From positions 1-25,541 of IMG/VR virus record IMGVR_UViG_3300017987_000334: a stretch of 25,541 nt of DNA. One strand, 5' to 3'. Origin of the DNA: a virus (Duplodnaviria > Caudoviricetes). Under the pieces are notes generated by a model. It did not search any database. It saw only the letters and a program-made list of their open reading frames with translations, and was not told the DNA's origin. Shown one piece after another: positions 8,365 through 16,064 of this stretch. A program made the position numbers and the translations under genes. How positions within the stretch are numbered: position 1 is the first letter of the stretch; the number at the start of each line of letters is the position of its first letter.

Positions 8365-9966
8365 TTAATACCAACCAACAACAATCGGGTCTTTCGAACC
8401 TGGTGATGACTCATAACACATACCCTCTAGGGTTGTGGGAGTCGGCCCTGACTCGGGAACTTCCAGCGGCGGCACCGCTGGAATCCACTTGGAAACGTCA
8501 ATTTTCAAGTATCTTCCAGATGTTGCGCCGAGTGTGATTACTGGGTCATAGCCTTCAAATTTTGAGGCTTGCACCACATCAGCAAAATTGTCGTTGGATA
8601 GATCAAAAGTGACAGCATAATTGATATCTAGGCGCTCACCTGCAACAAATCCACGATTAGCGTCTGCACCAAAGCAGTTGTCTAAGTCGTTGTGATTGTT
8701 GTTGAAAGTAAGAACTAGGTTCGTGATGCATATGTCTGAACCCGCTGACTTCATCTTGAAAGATCCCTCAAGATCAGTGTAGATGTTGTCACGAGCAGTT
8801 TGCTGCACCGCGCCTGGGTTCCAAGGAACAACAAAGCCGTCTTCAGCTACTGAAACAGCTGAGTTTAGTGTAAGTGTATCAGTTGCCGCTGTTATTGAAT
8901 CAATCTTAAGACTTCCATCAGCACCTGCAAGGATTGTACGCCCGTCTGGGTCCACGATCATCACGTAAGCGCCTTCATCATACCTGTCGGTAAGATCAGG
9001 GTCCACGATCACATTGGCACTTGCAACGACAGCAGAGGCAATCTGAGCAATACCAGCGATTACTCTATTGGCAGCTTTTCCCGACCAGTCACAAGTAGCT
9101 GGGCCATCACCTGGGAATGTCACAGTGTTCTCTCGAACGTAACTACCGGTGTAATACTCACCAAAGATTGTGCTTACCCGCACAAGGCTGTTGTAGAAGT
9201 TTGGAAGCCCTTGAGTGTGCTTGATCGATGTACTCGAGACAACTGTTTCAGTCCCGAGAAGCTGTTCCCAAAGAAGCCTTACAGCTGTGTCAAGAGAATC
9301 ACCTGCGTCACCAGACATATTGATGAATGTCTGAAGCGAATATTCAGCAACTTTCTTTTGCTTAATGATCCCTGCGTGAAACCGCCCATTTCTATGAGTG
9401 TTTGACTCAACAGGCTGGTTGAAAGTAGGGCCACCAGTTGTGTAGAGAAGAAAATCTTGATCATCTGTACCAACCGCTTCGGTGCCGCTATTAGCAACGC
9501 CAAGTAGAAGGTCAGCCGCAACGTCGTTAGCAGCCGCCGCTGTAATCACAACGCTTGTGCTACTGCCAGTAAATTGACTGTACACTTCATAATGATCATC
9601 GGCGCTATCAAAATACACCCATACACGATTGTCATAGCCAGCGGATATAAGCGCGTTATTGATAGCCGTTTCTAACGCCGCTGCAATCAAATCACCTGTG
9701 CTTAACCCAACAAGAGACGCGATAGTTGCAGTAACATCACCGATACCATCAACATCTATTTTGAGTGAATCATTTGTACCACCAGAAATATCTGTTGAAG
9801 CGCTTGTGTCACCAATAGATTCCCCCTGTGTTCCAATGCGCGGCGCATTAAACACACGTGGTGTTGCCTCTTTTCGCAAATAAATAGCACTATCAAGACC
9901 TAAGTTGAAGCCTTGCCGATCACCTGCATAAATTTGCGCATAATCTGTTCTTGATCTGTGTTTCAT
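8365..9966 (-). CDS. Major tail tube protein with two apparent inserted domains
   Basis: 533 aa, RBS TAGGAG, followed by a terminator and the chaperones. Tube-like core motifs include IYLRKEATP, EYYTGSYV...FPGDGPATCDWSG and NLVLTFNNN...FG...GFVAGER. It is longer than a minimal tube, with Ala/Thr/Gly/Asp-rich inserts at about aa 43-170 and 300-385. Confidence 0.85.
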   Translation of the reverse strand: MKHRSRTDYAQIYAGDRQGFNLGLDSAIYLRKEATPRVFNAPRIGTQGESIGDTSASTDISGGTNDSLKIDVDGIGDVTATIASLVGLSTGDLIAAALETAINNALISAGYDNRVWVYFDSADDHYEVYSQFTGSSTSVVITAAAANDVAADLLLGVANSGTEAVGTDDQDFLLYTTGGPTFNQPVESNTHRNGRFHAGIIKQKKVAEYSLQTFINMSGDAGDSLDTAVRLLWEQLLGTETVVSSTSIKHTQGLPNFYNSLVRVSTIFGEYYTGSYVRENTVTFPGDGPATCDWSGKAANRVIAGIAQIASAVVASANVIVDPDLTDRYDEGAYVMIVDPDGRTILAGADGSLKIDSITAATDTLTLNSAVSVAEDGFVVPWNPGAVQQTARDNIYTDLEGSFKMKSAGSDICITNLVLTFNNNHNDLDNCFGADANRGFVAGERLDINYAVTFDLSNDNFADVVQASKFEGYDPVITLGATSGRYLKIDVSKWIPAVPPLEVPESGPTPTTLEGMCYESSPGSKDPIVVGWY

Positions 9967-10004
9967 AGATAACTCCTAAATTATTTTATGAGTAGCAAGA
10001 CTCT

Positions 10005-10745
10005 TTACTGTTGCCGATACTGCGTTATTGCATACGTATTCGAAGCTGCTTGAGCCGCCACATACATCGTCTCAAGAACGCCTTTTTTGCAATTCTCGCA
10101 CACAAAGCACTCGCCTTTACCAAGTCGTGACCCCAGTGTTGTTACCTCCGAAGCCCAACCAAATATAAGATACGTAGACGTATTCACCGCGTCATTGCAT
10201 AGGCTAAATCCACGAATATTCGAAACAATATCTGTAGAAGTAATCGCAAGAGCTGTGTTTATTGCCCCGTCTGTAGTCTTAGATATATCTGTATGCGACG
10301 TGTCACCATCAGCTATATCTGTACTCGCACCATACGCAGAGTTTGTAATCGTAAGCGTAGTTGTGCCAGTCACTGTAAACGGCGTGCCAGATATAGCTTC
10401 AAGGGCTGTCTTTGTGTTTCCACAAACTGTTGCGCCAGTGTCAGCAGTTGCAATGTCTATCTCAATAAGAGTAGCACCTGCAACAGTAGGAGCGGAGCTA
10501 CCATCATCAACATCGTACCAAGGTGCGTATTTAACGGCGTCAAGAGCAGAGTAAATAACAAAGTATTTACCACCCAAGTTTCCACCAACATCAGCTCTGC
10601 ACTCAACAGAGCTTACTTCTAAAATATCGGCGTCGGCCGAGCCTCTTACAAAGGATGCTTGGCTTGCGCGTTTACTGGCATCACTAATATCTGCGTATGC
10701 TGAAAAGGACAGCATCAAAGCTGCAAGAATAAATAGAAACCTCAT
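10005..10745 (-). CDS. Predicted exported beta-rich protein (signal peptide, inserted domain, 4-Cys domain); paralogue of 10781..11158
   Basis: N-terminus MRFLFILAALMLSFSAYA has a basic residue, a hydrophobic core and AxA. The C-terminal ~83 aa are about 45-50% identical by hand alignment to the neighbour. RBS AGGGAG. Confidence 0.8.
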   Translation of the reverse strand: MRFLFILAALMLSFSAYADISDASKRASQASFVRGSADADILEVSSVECRADVGGNLGGKYFVIYSALDAVKYAPWYDVDDGSSAPTVAGATLIEIDIATADTGATVCGNTKTALEAISGTPFTVTGTTTLTITNSAYGASTDIADGDTSHTDISKTTDGAINTALAITSTDIVSNIRGFSLCNDAVNTSTYLIFGWASEVTTLGSRLGKGECFVCENCKKGVLETMYVAAQAASNTYAITQYRQQ

Positions 10746-10780
10746 GATCTCACTCCCTATATGAATTCAAAAAAGAAAAA

Positions 10781-11158
10781 TTAGCGCTTAAGCTGGATAA
10801 CAGAATATCCGTTTGAGGCCCCTTGTCCCTCTACTTTCAAAAGTTTTAATATTGCTGGTTTACAATTCAAGCACTCATAGCACTTTCCTTTGTCTAATCT
10901 AACACCGTCCGTAGTTACATCAGCGGCTTGACCAACAGACAAGTATGTTGAAGACGCGTTCACTGGGTCATTACAGATAAGAAAGCCGTAAACATCACCA
11001 ACAACAGATGAAGAAGCAATAGCTGCCGCTGTAGTCGTTCCAACAGTTGCGTGAGTTGTTGTAATTGATTTAATTCTTGAATCCTCTGAGCTAAACCATC
11101 CCGCAAAGGCAGATGTGGCAAACGTAGCTAGAATCATACACACAATAAAGTTTCTCAT
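10781..11158 (-). CDS. Predicted exported beta-rich protein with CND...CxxCxxC
   Basis: N-terminus MRNFIVCMILATFATSAFA is signal-peptide-like with AFA. Its RBS TAGGAG contains the stop codon of the upstream gene. Confidence 0.8.
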   Translation of the reverse strand: MRNFIVCMILATFATSAFAGWFSSEDSRIKSITTTHATVGTTTAAAIASSSVVGDVYGFLICNDPVNASSTYLSVGQAADVTTDGVRLDKGKCYECLNCKPAILKLLKVEGQGASNGYSVIQLKR

Positions 11159-11167
11159 GGCTCACTC

Positions 11168-11638
11168 CTAAAGATTATAAAGTTTAGTTCTGTAATGAAC
11201 TCTAAAAGTCACAACTGTGATTCTGTTAGCCTCTATCATATTCAAATCAGCTGATATAGGCAATGGAACAAGTTCGGTAATGGTTGAATGAATCGACCTA
11301 AATTGGTCCTCTCTCTGCGCTGTCGGGCTGTTAGCATAAAGCGCCTTATACACACTGCGTACAAATTCAGCCATTTCAATATCACCAACGCTTCCATGCT
11401 CCCAAAGCTGTAAGTCAAACTCCCACATACCGTTATAGCACTTTTGCTGCATCGAATTTGATTCAACTCTATTTAATTGAAATATAGTTGGTAAATCATA
11501 TTTTGGAAGATCAATGCCCATAGGTATTTGATCGTAATAAACTTTCTTTACATCTGTGCTGTACCCATTAGACGCGGTGACAGTCGCAAGCCTTGACGCC
11601 ATGTTCTCCATAATTTGACCGCGTATGCTATCTGTCAA
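11168..11638 (-). CDS. Tail terminator / tail completion protein (lambda gpU, P2 gpR-like position)
   Basis: 156 aa with an N-terminal SIRGQIMENMASRLATVTASNGYSTDV pattern, a DLPTI motif and a C-terminal VTFRVHYRT strand. Last neck gene before the tube. Confidence 0.75.
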   Translation of the reverse strand: MTDSIRGQIMENMASRLATVTASNGYSTDVKKVYYDQIPMGIDLPKYDLPTIFQLNRVESNSMQQKCYNGMWEFDLQLWEHGSVGDIEMAEFVRSVYKALYANSPTAQREDQFRSIHSTITELVPLPISADLNMIEANRITVVTFRVHYRTKLYNL

Positions 11639-12248
11639 GTTCTTCCCCTAAGTACTTTGCAAATTTGTCTGGGTAGTTCAAAAAAGCCGCCGCGACAGCA
11701 GGTGTTAAAAATGGTCTTGGTGGTATTTTTACACTATCTTTCAAGTAAAATAGTGGTTCCCACTGCTTTTTCCTTACACCGCGTTCTGCGATGTAGTTGC
11801 CTGTCCATCTTGCTGCCATATTGGGAAATAGATGGTAATAAGCAGGGTTTGAAAACAAAAGGCTCATAAACTCGCGTGGGCGCATCCTTCCGGCTTTTTT
11901 ATAATTTGGTATCCATAGCTTTTTTGCCTTAACAGGCTTAACGACGCCACCAGGAAGACCGCCACTACCATACTCTTGGATACGCCCATAAGGAATATTA
12001 CGAACACCTAAAAATGACGTCGGTATGTCACTGCCATCTCTTTCGAACCCATAATACTGCGAATTAAAAAGCTGCCCTGATAGCCGCCTACCATGAAGCC
12101 CTTTAAACTGCCTTTTTTGATTCCTCAGTGCTTGCTCGTGCGCTTCCACAATAGTAGCCACTTGGGCTTTAGTTGCAGCCTTTTTCACAGCACTCGTTGC
12201 GTTGCGATAGTACTCAACGATCTCAACAATGTCTCGTGGCGTGGGCAC
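11628..12248 (-). CDS. Neck / virion morphogenesis protein (HK97 gp10 or Mu gpG-like)
   Basis: Basic 206 aa protein with RLSGQL, NIPYGRIQEYG and SVKIPPRPFLTPA motifs typical of this family; neck position. Confidence 0.78.
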   Translation of the reverse strand: MPTPRDIVEIVEYYRNATSAVKKAATKAQVATIVEAHEQALRNQKRQFKGLHGRRLSGQLFNSQYYGFERDGSDIPTSFLGVRNIPYGRIQEYGSGGLPGGVVKPVKAKKLWIPNYKKAGRMRPREFMSLLFSNPAYYHLFPNMAARWTGNYIAERGVRKKQWEPLFYLKDSVKIPPRPFLTPAVAAAFLNYPDKFAKYLGEELDR

Positions 12249-12857
12249 TTATATGTTCCTCTGGGCCATACCAATATTTGGAAATTCGTAAACTCGATAT
12301 GACTGAAGCTTGTACTTAATTTGTTTTGGAAGCCCCGTCTCTTTGTCCCAAGCTGCCAAATAATTCTCTGATTCACTTTCCTTTGATCTCGATGACAAAT
12401 GCTCTGTGTTGTTCGAGTCACGGTTGTATTCGGCCTTAACCGATTGGTACACAGCAAGTTTTACATCGTCTGGGACTTCTTCGTATCCATAGGTATAATC
12501 AAGACGCACAACACGCCTATATGGCCTTGGTGAATACGTTCCCCTAAGCATGATACCTGTTTCATCAGCTGTGTAATAATCGGACTCAACAAGAACACCA
12601 TTTTCACCGTCTGAGTCAACACTAAAGTAAATAGCCTCAACACTTAATATGGGCATAAATTTAGGGACAATAACGTCTGCCTGTATACCATCATGAAGCT
12701 CTTTAGTGACAACATGCTTTTCGAAATCAACTTCGCAATAATTAATAATAGACTGCTCAACACTTTTACGAAACATCTCGATCTTATCATCGTAGTCTGT
12801 AGTACTAAGTGAAATACCTAGATAAGTTTTGTTTTCATTTAGTGTTGTAAGCGCCAT
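12249..12857 (-). CDS. Head-tail adaptor (SPP1 gp15 / HK97 gp6-like, long form)
   Basis: MALTTLNENKTYLGI, IINYCEVDF, PILSVEAI, VRLDYTYGYEEVPDDVKLA and LPKQIKYKLQSYR motifs; located after the capsid gene. Confidence 0.85.
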   Translation of the reverse strand: MALTTLNENKTYLGISLSTTDYDDKIEMFRKSVEQSIINYCEVDFEKHVVTKELHDGIQADVIVPKFMPILSVEAIYFSVDSDGENGVLVESDYYTADETGIMLRGTYSPRPYRRVVRLDYTYGYEEVPDDVKLAVYQSVKAEYNRDSNNTEHLSSRSKESESENYLAAWDKETGLPKQIKYKLQSYRVYEFPNIGMAQRNI

Positions 12858-13187
12858 TTATTTGCCTTTTTTCTTTGCTCTTTTCTTTCCTTTTCCAGCC
12901 ATAGACCGATCAGAAGTCTTTGACTTCAAAGATCTACTAGGCGGCTGCTTTTCTGGCTCGACGTCACCAGCTGTTTTAAGTGGTTCAAGTTCAAACCTAC
13001 CATGACGCAGAGAATCTTTTTCGCAAGCGCCGATCTTAGTTACATACTGTGGGTACTTTTTTAGTACCAACTCACCAACGGCTTCTGTGACAATAAGCTG
13101 CTCTCTACCTGTAAGGATAATAGCCGCGCAGTCCATAATCGGCGTTTGCGGCTGCTCTGGTTTTTTAACCAATATAAAACATTTCAT
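12858..13187 (-). CDS. Hypothetical post-capsid protein with Lys-rich C-terminal tail
   Basis: 109 aa, RBS GAGAGG, abuts the adaptor start. No function recognised. Confidence 0.7.
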   Translation of the reverse strand: MKCFILVKKPEQPQTPIMDCAAIILTGREQLIVTEAVGELVLKKYPQYVTKIGACEKDSLRHGRFELEPLKTAGDVEPEKQPPSRSLKSKTSDRSMAGKGKKRAKKKGK

Positions 13188-13200
13188 AAGTGCCTCTCAC

Positions 13201-13240
13201 TAAAATTCCCCTACCCACAACAGGGTAGGTAGGGGAATAA
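13201..13240 (-). terminator. Hairpin terminator after the major capsid gene
   Basis: Perfect 11-bp inverted repeat ATTCCCCTACC (13205-13215) / GGTAGGGGAAT (13228-13238), ending in a short T run on the minus strand. Confidence 0.75.
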
Positions 13241-13262
13241 AATATATTTGAAACCGATTGTC

Positions 13263-14669
13263 TTATGCTCTAAGAATATCGTATCCCATAGTGATGCCGA
13301 GTTCCTCAGCTGTTTGGTTGTTGCCGTTCCAAGAATGTCGCATCTTGGCGGTCATGAGCATGTAGTCAGAAGATGGAAGAGAAGGAGCAGCCCATACACG
13401 CATTGCTTGACGAACAAATTGATAGAAGCGAACAACTTTGACAAGCATGATGATTGTTCTGTCTGTTGTCGAGCCATCATAAACGCCTGATTCGTTTAGG
13501 TCATCACGCACGTACTGAGAAGTAACTGGCTTGACACCAAAGACTGGAGGCATCTGGCCGGTGACGTTCGAAGCGAGTCCACCATAAGCAAACGCTGTAA
13601 ACAGTTCAGGAATCGCGCCTGTTACAACTTGGTTCTCGATAACACTTGGAATGATCCAACGGAGCGTATCTTTTTCACTGGCAAATTTGCCCATGAGGTT
13701 AAGCACTTTTTCAAAAAGCACTTTAGACGCTGTGTCACCGCCGTGCTTGTAGGCAACATCTGCGTTACCACTTGCACCAAGTGTGTTGTCGTTGTTGATA
13801 CACTTTCTGCGAAGGCCATCAAAAGCCTTTGAGAAAGTCTCATTGAGACCAAGTGCTCTTGTATCTGTGTCCATATGGCCATCACCACGCACAGTTGTCA
13901 AAATGGTTGTATCACCATTTATGATTGCTTTTTCGTAAGCACGCACGATGCCTTTAACAACATCACGACGCAGCTTATCAATGATTGGAGGCGCATTGTC
14001 TTGCATAAGATCTTCTGTGATCTTTGTATGCACTACGTTGTTGCGAGAAGTAACCGCGTAGTTCGCCTGTGTAGTTGACTGCTCACCAAATGTGGCACCG
14101 TCAGTTTCTTCATGGCCTTCAAGCACACCTGTGTCACCTGGTACTTCTACCGTGGCTGAGTCCATTGGCATTTGATCAAATTGATCAGCCAAGATGAAAG
14201 GAATTTCATACTCTTCAAAGTAGAAACGTGCGTTGACTGTTGGAATCCAGTTTGAAAAATCAGTGATGTTGAACGCCTTAAGCAATGGCTTAAGATGGTC
14301 CTTATACATCGGCGTGTCTTTCATCATAGCAGGGGTAAGCGCCGCGCCTGGATTCTTGACCTGAGTTTGAATCTCAAGGTTGTTAATCATCTTTTTAAGA
14401 TGAAAAAGACGCAAGCGAGTATCTTCAGGCAAATGACCACAATGTGATTTCGATCCAAAGTTTAAAGGAAGAGCTGGAGCATTGCTGCGCTCTTCGATCT
14501 TTTGGCCAAATACTTGAGGAAGACTTTTAAATCCACCAAGTGCCAGCCAGTCCATGTCTTTCTCATAGATAGGACGCCCAGTTACTTCTGGTGCCTTTTT
14601 GTTTGAAAGAATCTCGGTGATTCCATCAACCTTTGCTTCTGTTGTTTGCTCTGTAGTTGCTTCGGGCAT
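13263..14669 (-). CDS. Major capsid protein, HK97 fold, with an N-terminal propeptide of about 130 aa
   Basis: Follows the protease. Motifs NWIPT, FDQMPMDS...VP, KITEDLMQD and YEKAIINGD. Probable maturation site LLK/AF. Start moved to ATG 14669 (AAGGAG-5 nt-ATG). Terminator downstream. Confidence 0.93.
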   Translation of the reverse strand: MPEATTEQTTEAKVDGITEILSNKKAPEVTGRPIYEKDMDWLALGGFKSLPQVFGQKIEERSNAPALPLNFGSKSHCGHLPEDTRLRLFHLKKMINNLEIQTQVKNPGAALTPAMMKDTPMYKDHLKPLLKAFNITDFSNWIPTVNARFYFEEYEIPFILADQFDQMPMDSATVEVPGDTGVLEGHEETDGATFGEQSTTQANYAVTSRNNVVHTKITEDLMQDNAPPIIDKLRRDVVKGIVRAYEKAIINGDTTILTTVRGDGHMDTDTRALGLNETFSKAFDGLRRKCINNDNTLGASGNADVAYKHGGDTASKVLFEKVLNLMGKFASEKDTLRWIIPSVIENQVVTGAIPELFTAFAYGGLASNVTGQMPPVFGVKPVTSQYVRDDLNESGVYDGSTTDRTIIMLVKVVRFYQFVRQAMRVWAAPSLPSSDYMLMTAKMRHSWNGNNQTAEELGITMGYDILRA

Positions 14670-14722
14670 GTTCACTCCTTCTTTTACATTTATTTAGGCA
14701 CCTACCTAAAAAACAAAAATCG

Positions 14723-15382
14723 TTAAGGCTTTTCAGCCAATAATTTCATTGCATCAGCAAGTTTATCGATTGTTTTTTCAAGACCTGTAATCCTATCATC
14801 AATTGCTTTGATTGATTCATCGGAAGCATTGCTTGTTTCTGAAGGATTATCAAGTACTTTCTCGGAATCGTCTTCTTCATTGTCATCATCTTCGCAAGAA
14901 GATGCTTTCTCATCAAGCTTCTTCAGGATATTTTCAAGTGCTTCCATTGCACGCTTAAGCGTCGCGTCCACATTTTTAATAAGCATCAAAGCTTCTTTTT
15001 GTCCATCGTCTTCTGACTGATCATCTCCATCAGACTCTGTGCCATCTTTTGTAGGCTCGTTATCCATTACAGATTTGCCAACCATGCCGACAACACCTTT
15101 ATCAAGTTCAAGCTCTACTAAGCTATCATCTTGAAAATCCTTTTCGTCTTTTTGTGTAAGTACAATCACAGAATCATCTTCAAAAACTTCATCACTCTTT
15201 AAACCATATTCTTTGGCCCAAGAGATAGCCTCGTCTTTTTCAAACGACTCTTTACTAAAGGTAAGACGTTGCACGCCAGCGCCATCTTTTGCAAGTTCTT
15301 CGAGTATTTCAACAACACCCTTGCATTTTCCAAGTTTGATTCTTTTAGAAATGGCTTCTATAATTTCGTTTAACGTTTTCAT
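14723..15382 (-). CDS. Probable nested in-frame scaffold protein (219 aa)
   Basis: Internal AAGAGG-TACACAC-ATG at Met227, just after the protease domain, preceded by a promoter-like TTTTCA-17 bp-TACATT. Confidence 0.55.
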   Translation of the reverse strand: MKTLNEIIEAISKRIKLGKCKGVVEILEELAKDGAGVQRLTFSKESFEKDEAISWAKEYGLKSDEVFEDDSVIVLTQKDEKDFQDDSLVELELDKGVVGMVGKSVMDNEPTKDGTESDGDDQSEDDGQKEALMLIKNVDATLKRAMEALENILKKLDEKASSCEDDDNEEDDSEKVLDNPSETSNASDESIKAIDDRITGLEKTIDKLADAMKLLAEKP

Positions 15383-16060
15383 GTGTGTACCTCTTGATTT
15401 CAATGTACCATTATTTTTAGATGATGAAAAATCTTTCATCTCGAAAACACTATCTTGGTTTGCAGGCACCGCAACAACGGAAAGTTCCAAAAGCTCCCAC
15501 TCTTCAATTACCCACGGATCAACAATACAGCCACGATCATCGTAGGCACCAGGTCTTATTTTCTTAGGTATGAACCCAACAGAGACAGTCTTGAGGATTC
15601 CTTGAGCAATTAAGCTCCTTATTTCCTTTTGCATATTTGTAAGCGGAGCTTTTCCAGGGTCGCCGACCCAAGCAACAAAATGAACACCGTCTTCTTCGAT
15701 ATCGAGTGTTTCTACTTGGCCAATTGGTGCATAGTAACTGTGATGTGCTAACAGCTGGCTATTCTTAATATAATCAGTAGTATCCAAACCTCTTGGATCA
15801 AGTACCTCGTCCATACGGTCTATAATATTGGCGTTCGCCATACCAGCGATGTAAAGGCGCTTATCATCACGATATTCCTTTTTACCAGCACTCTTGCCAT
15901 CAGCACCAACATGTGCAAACGGCATGTATAGAAATTGACGATCTTCCTCAGCATCAGGGCTCTTAAGGCGATAGCACTTTCCAACTTTTTCCCATTTATC
16001 TGTATTCTTATAATTAATGGGTCTAGCCGGATCAGGACGAAAATCGATAAACTTTTTCAT
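14723..16060 (-). CDS. HK97-type prohead protease fused to a scaffold-like C-terminal half
   Basis: YIAGMAN...DRMDEVLDP, LLAHH, PIG, GILKTVSVGF and ELLELSVVAVPANQD give the His/Ser signature of S78-type proteases. The C-terminus is acidic with a heptad pattern. Confidence 0.92.
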   Translation of the reverse strand: MKKFIDFRPDPARPINYKNTDKWEKVGKCYRLKSPDAEEDRQFLYMPFAHVGADGKSAGKKEYRDDKRLYIAGMANANIIDRMDEVLDPRGLDTTDYIKNSQLLAHHSYYAPIGQVETLDIEEDGVHFVAWVGDPGKAPLTNMQKEIRSLIAQGILKTVSVGFIPKKIRPGAYDDRGCIVDPWVIEEWELLELSVVAVPANQDSVFEMKDFSSSKNNGTLKSRGTHMKTLNEIIEAISKRIKLGKCKGVVEILEELAKDGAGVQRLTFSKESFEKDEAISWAKEYGLKSDEVFEDDSVIVLTQKDEKDFQDDSLVELELDKGVVGMVGKSVMDNEPTKDGTESDGDDQSEDDGQKEALMLIKNVDATLKRAMEALENILKKLDEKASSCEDDDNEEDDSEKVLDNPSETSNASDESIKAIDDRITGLEKTIDKLADAMKLLAEKP

Positions 16061-16064
16061 GGTA

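Noticed and set aside
8948-9011. 13-bp direct repeat gggtccacgatca in the tube gene
   Set aside because: Encodes IVDPD twice in frame; too short to imply a recombination or DGR site, and no reverse transcriptase is present in the window.
10005-11158. The exported pair as Rz/Rz1 spanins or lipoproteins
   Set aside because: No lipobox Cys at the cleavage site, no coiled-coil or Pro-rich character, no adjacent holin or endolysin, and the two are beta-rich paralogues.
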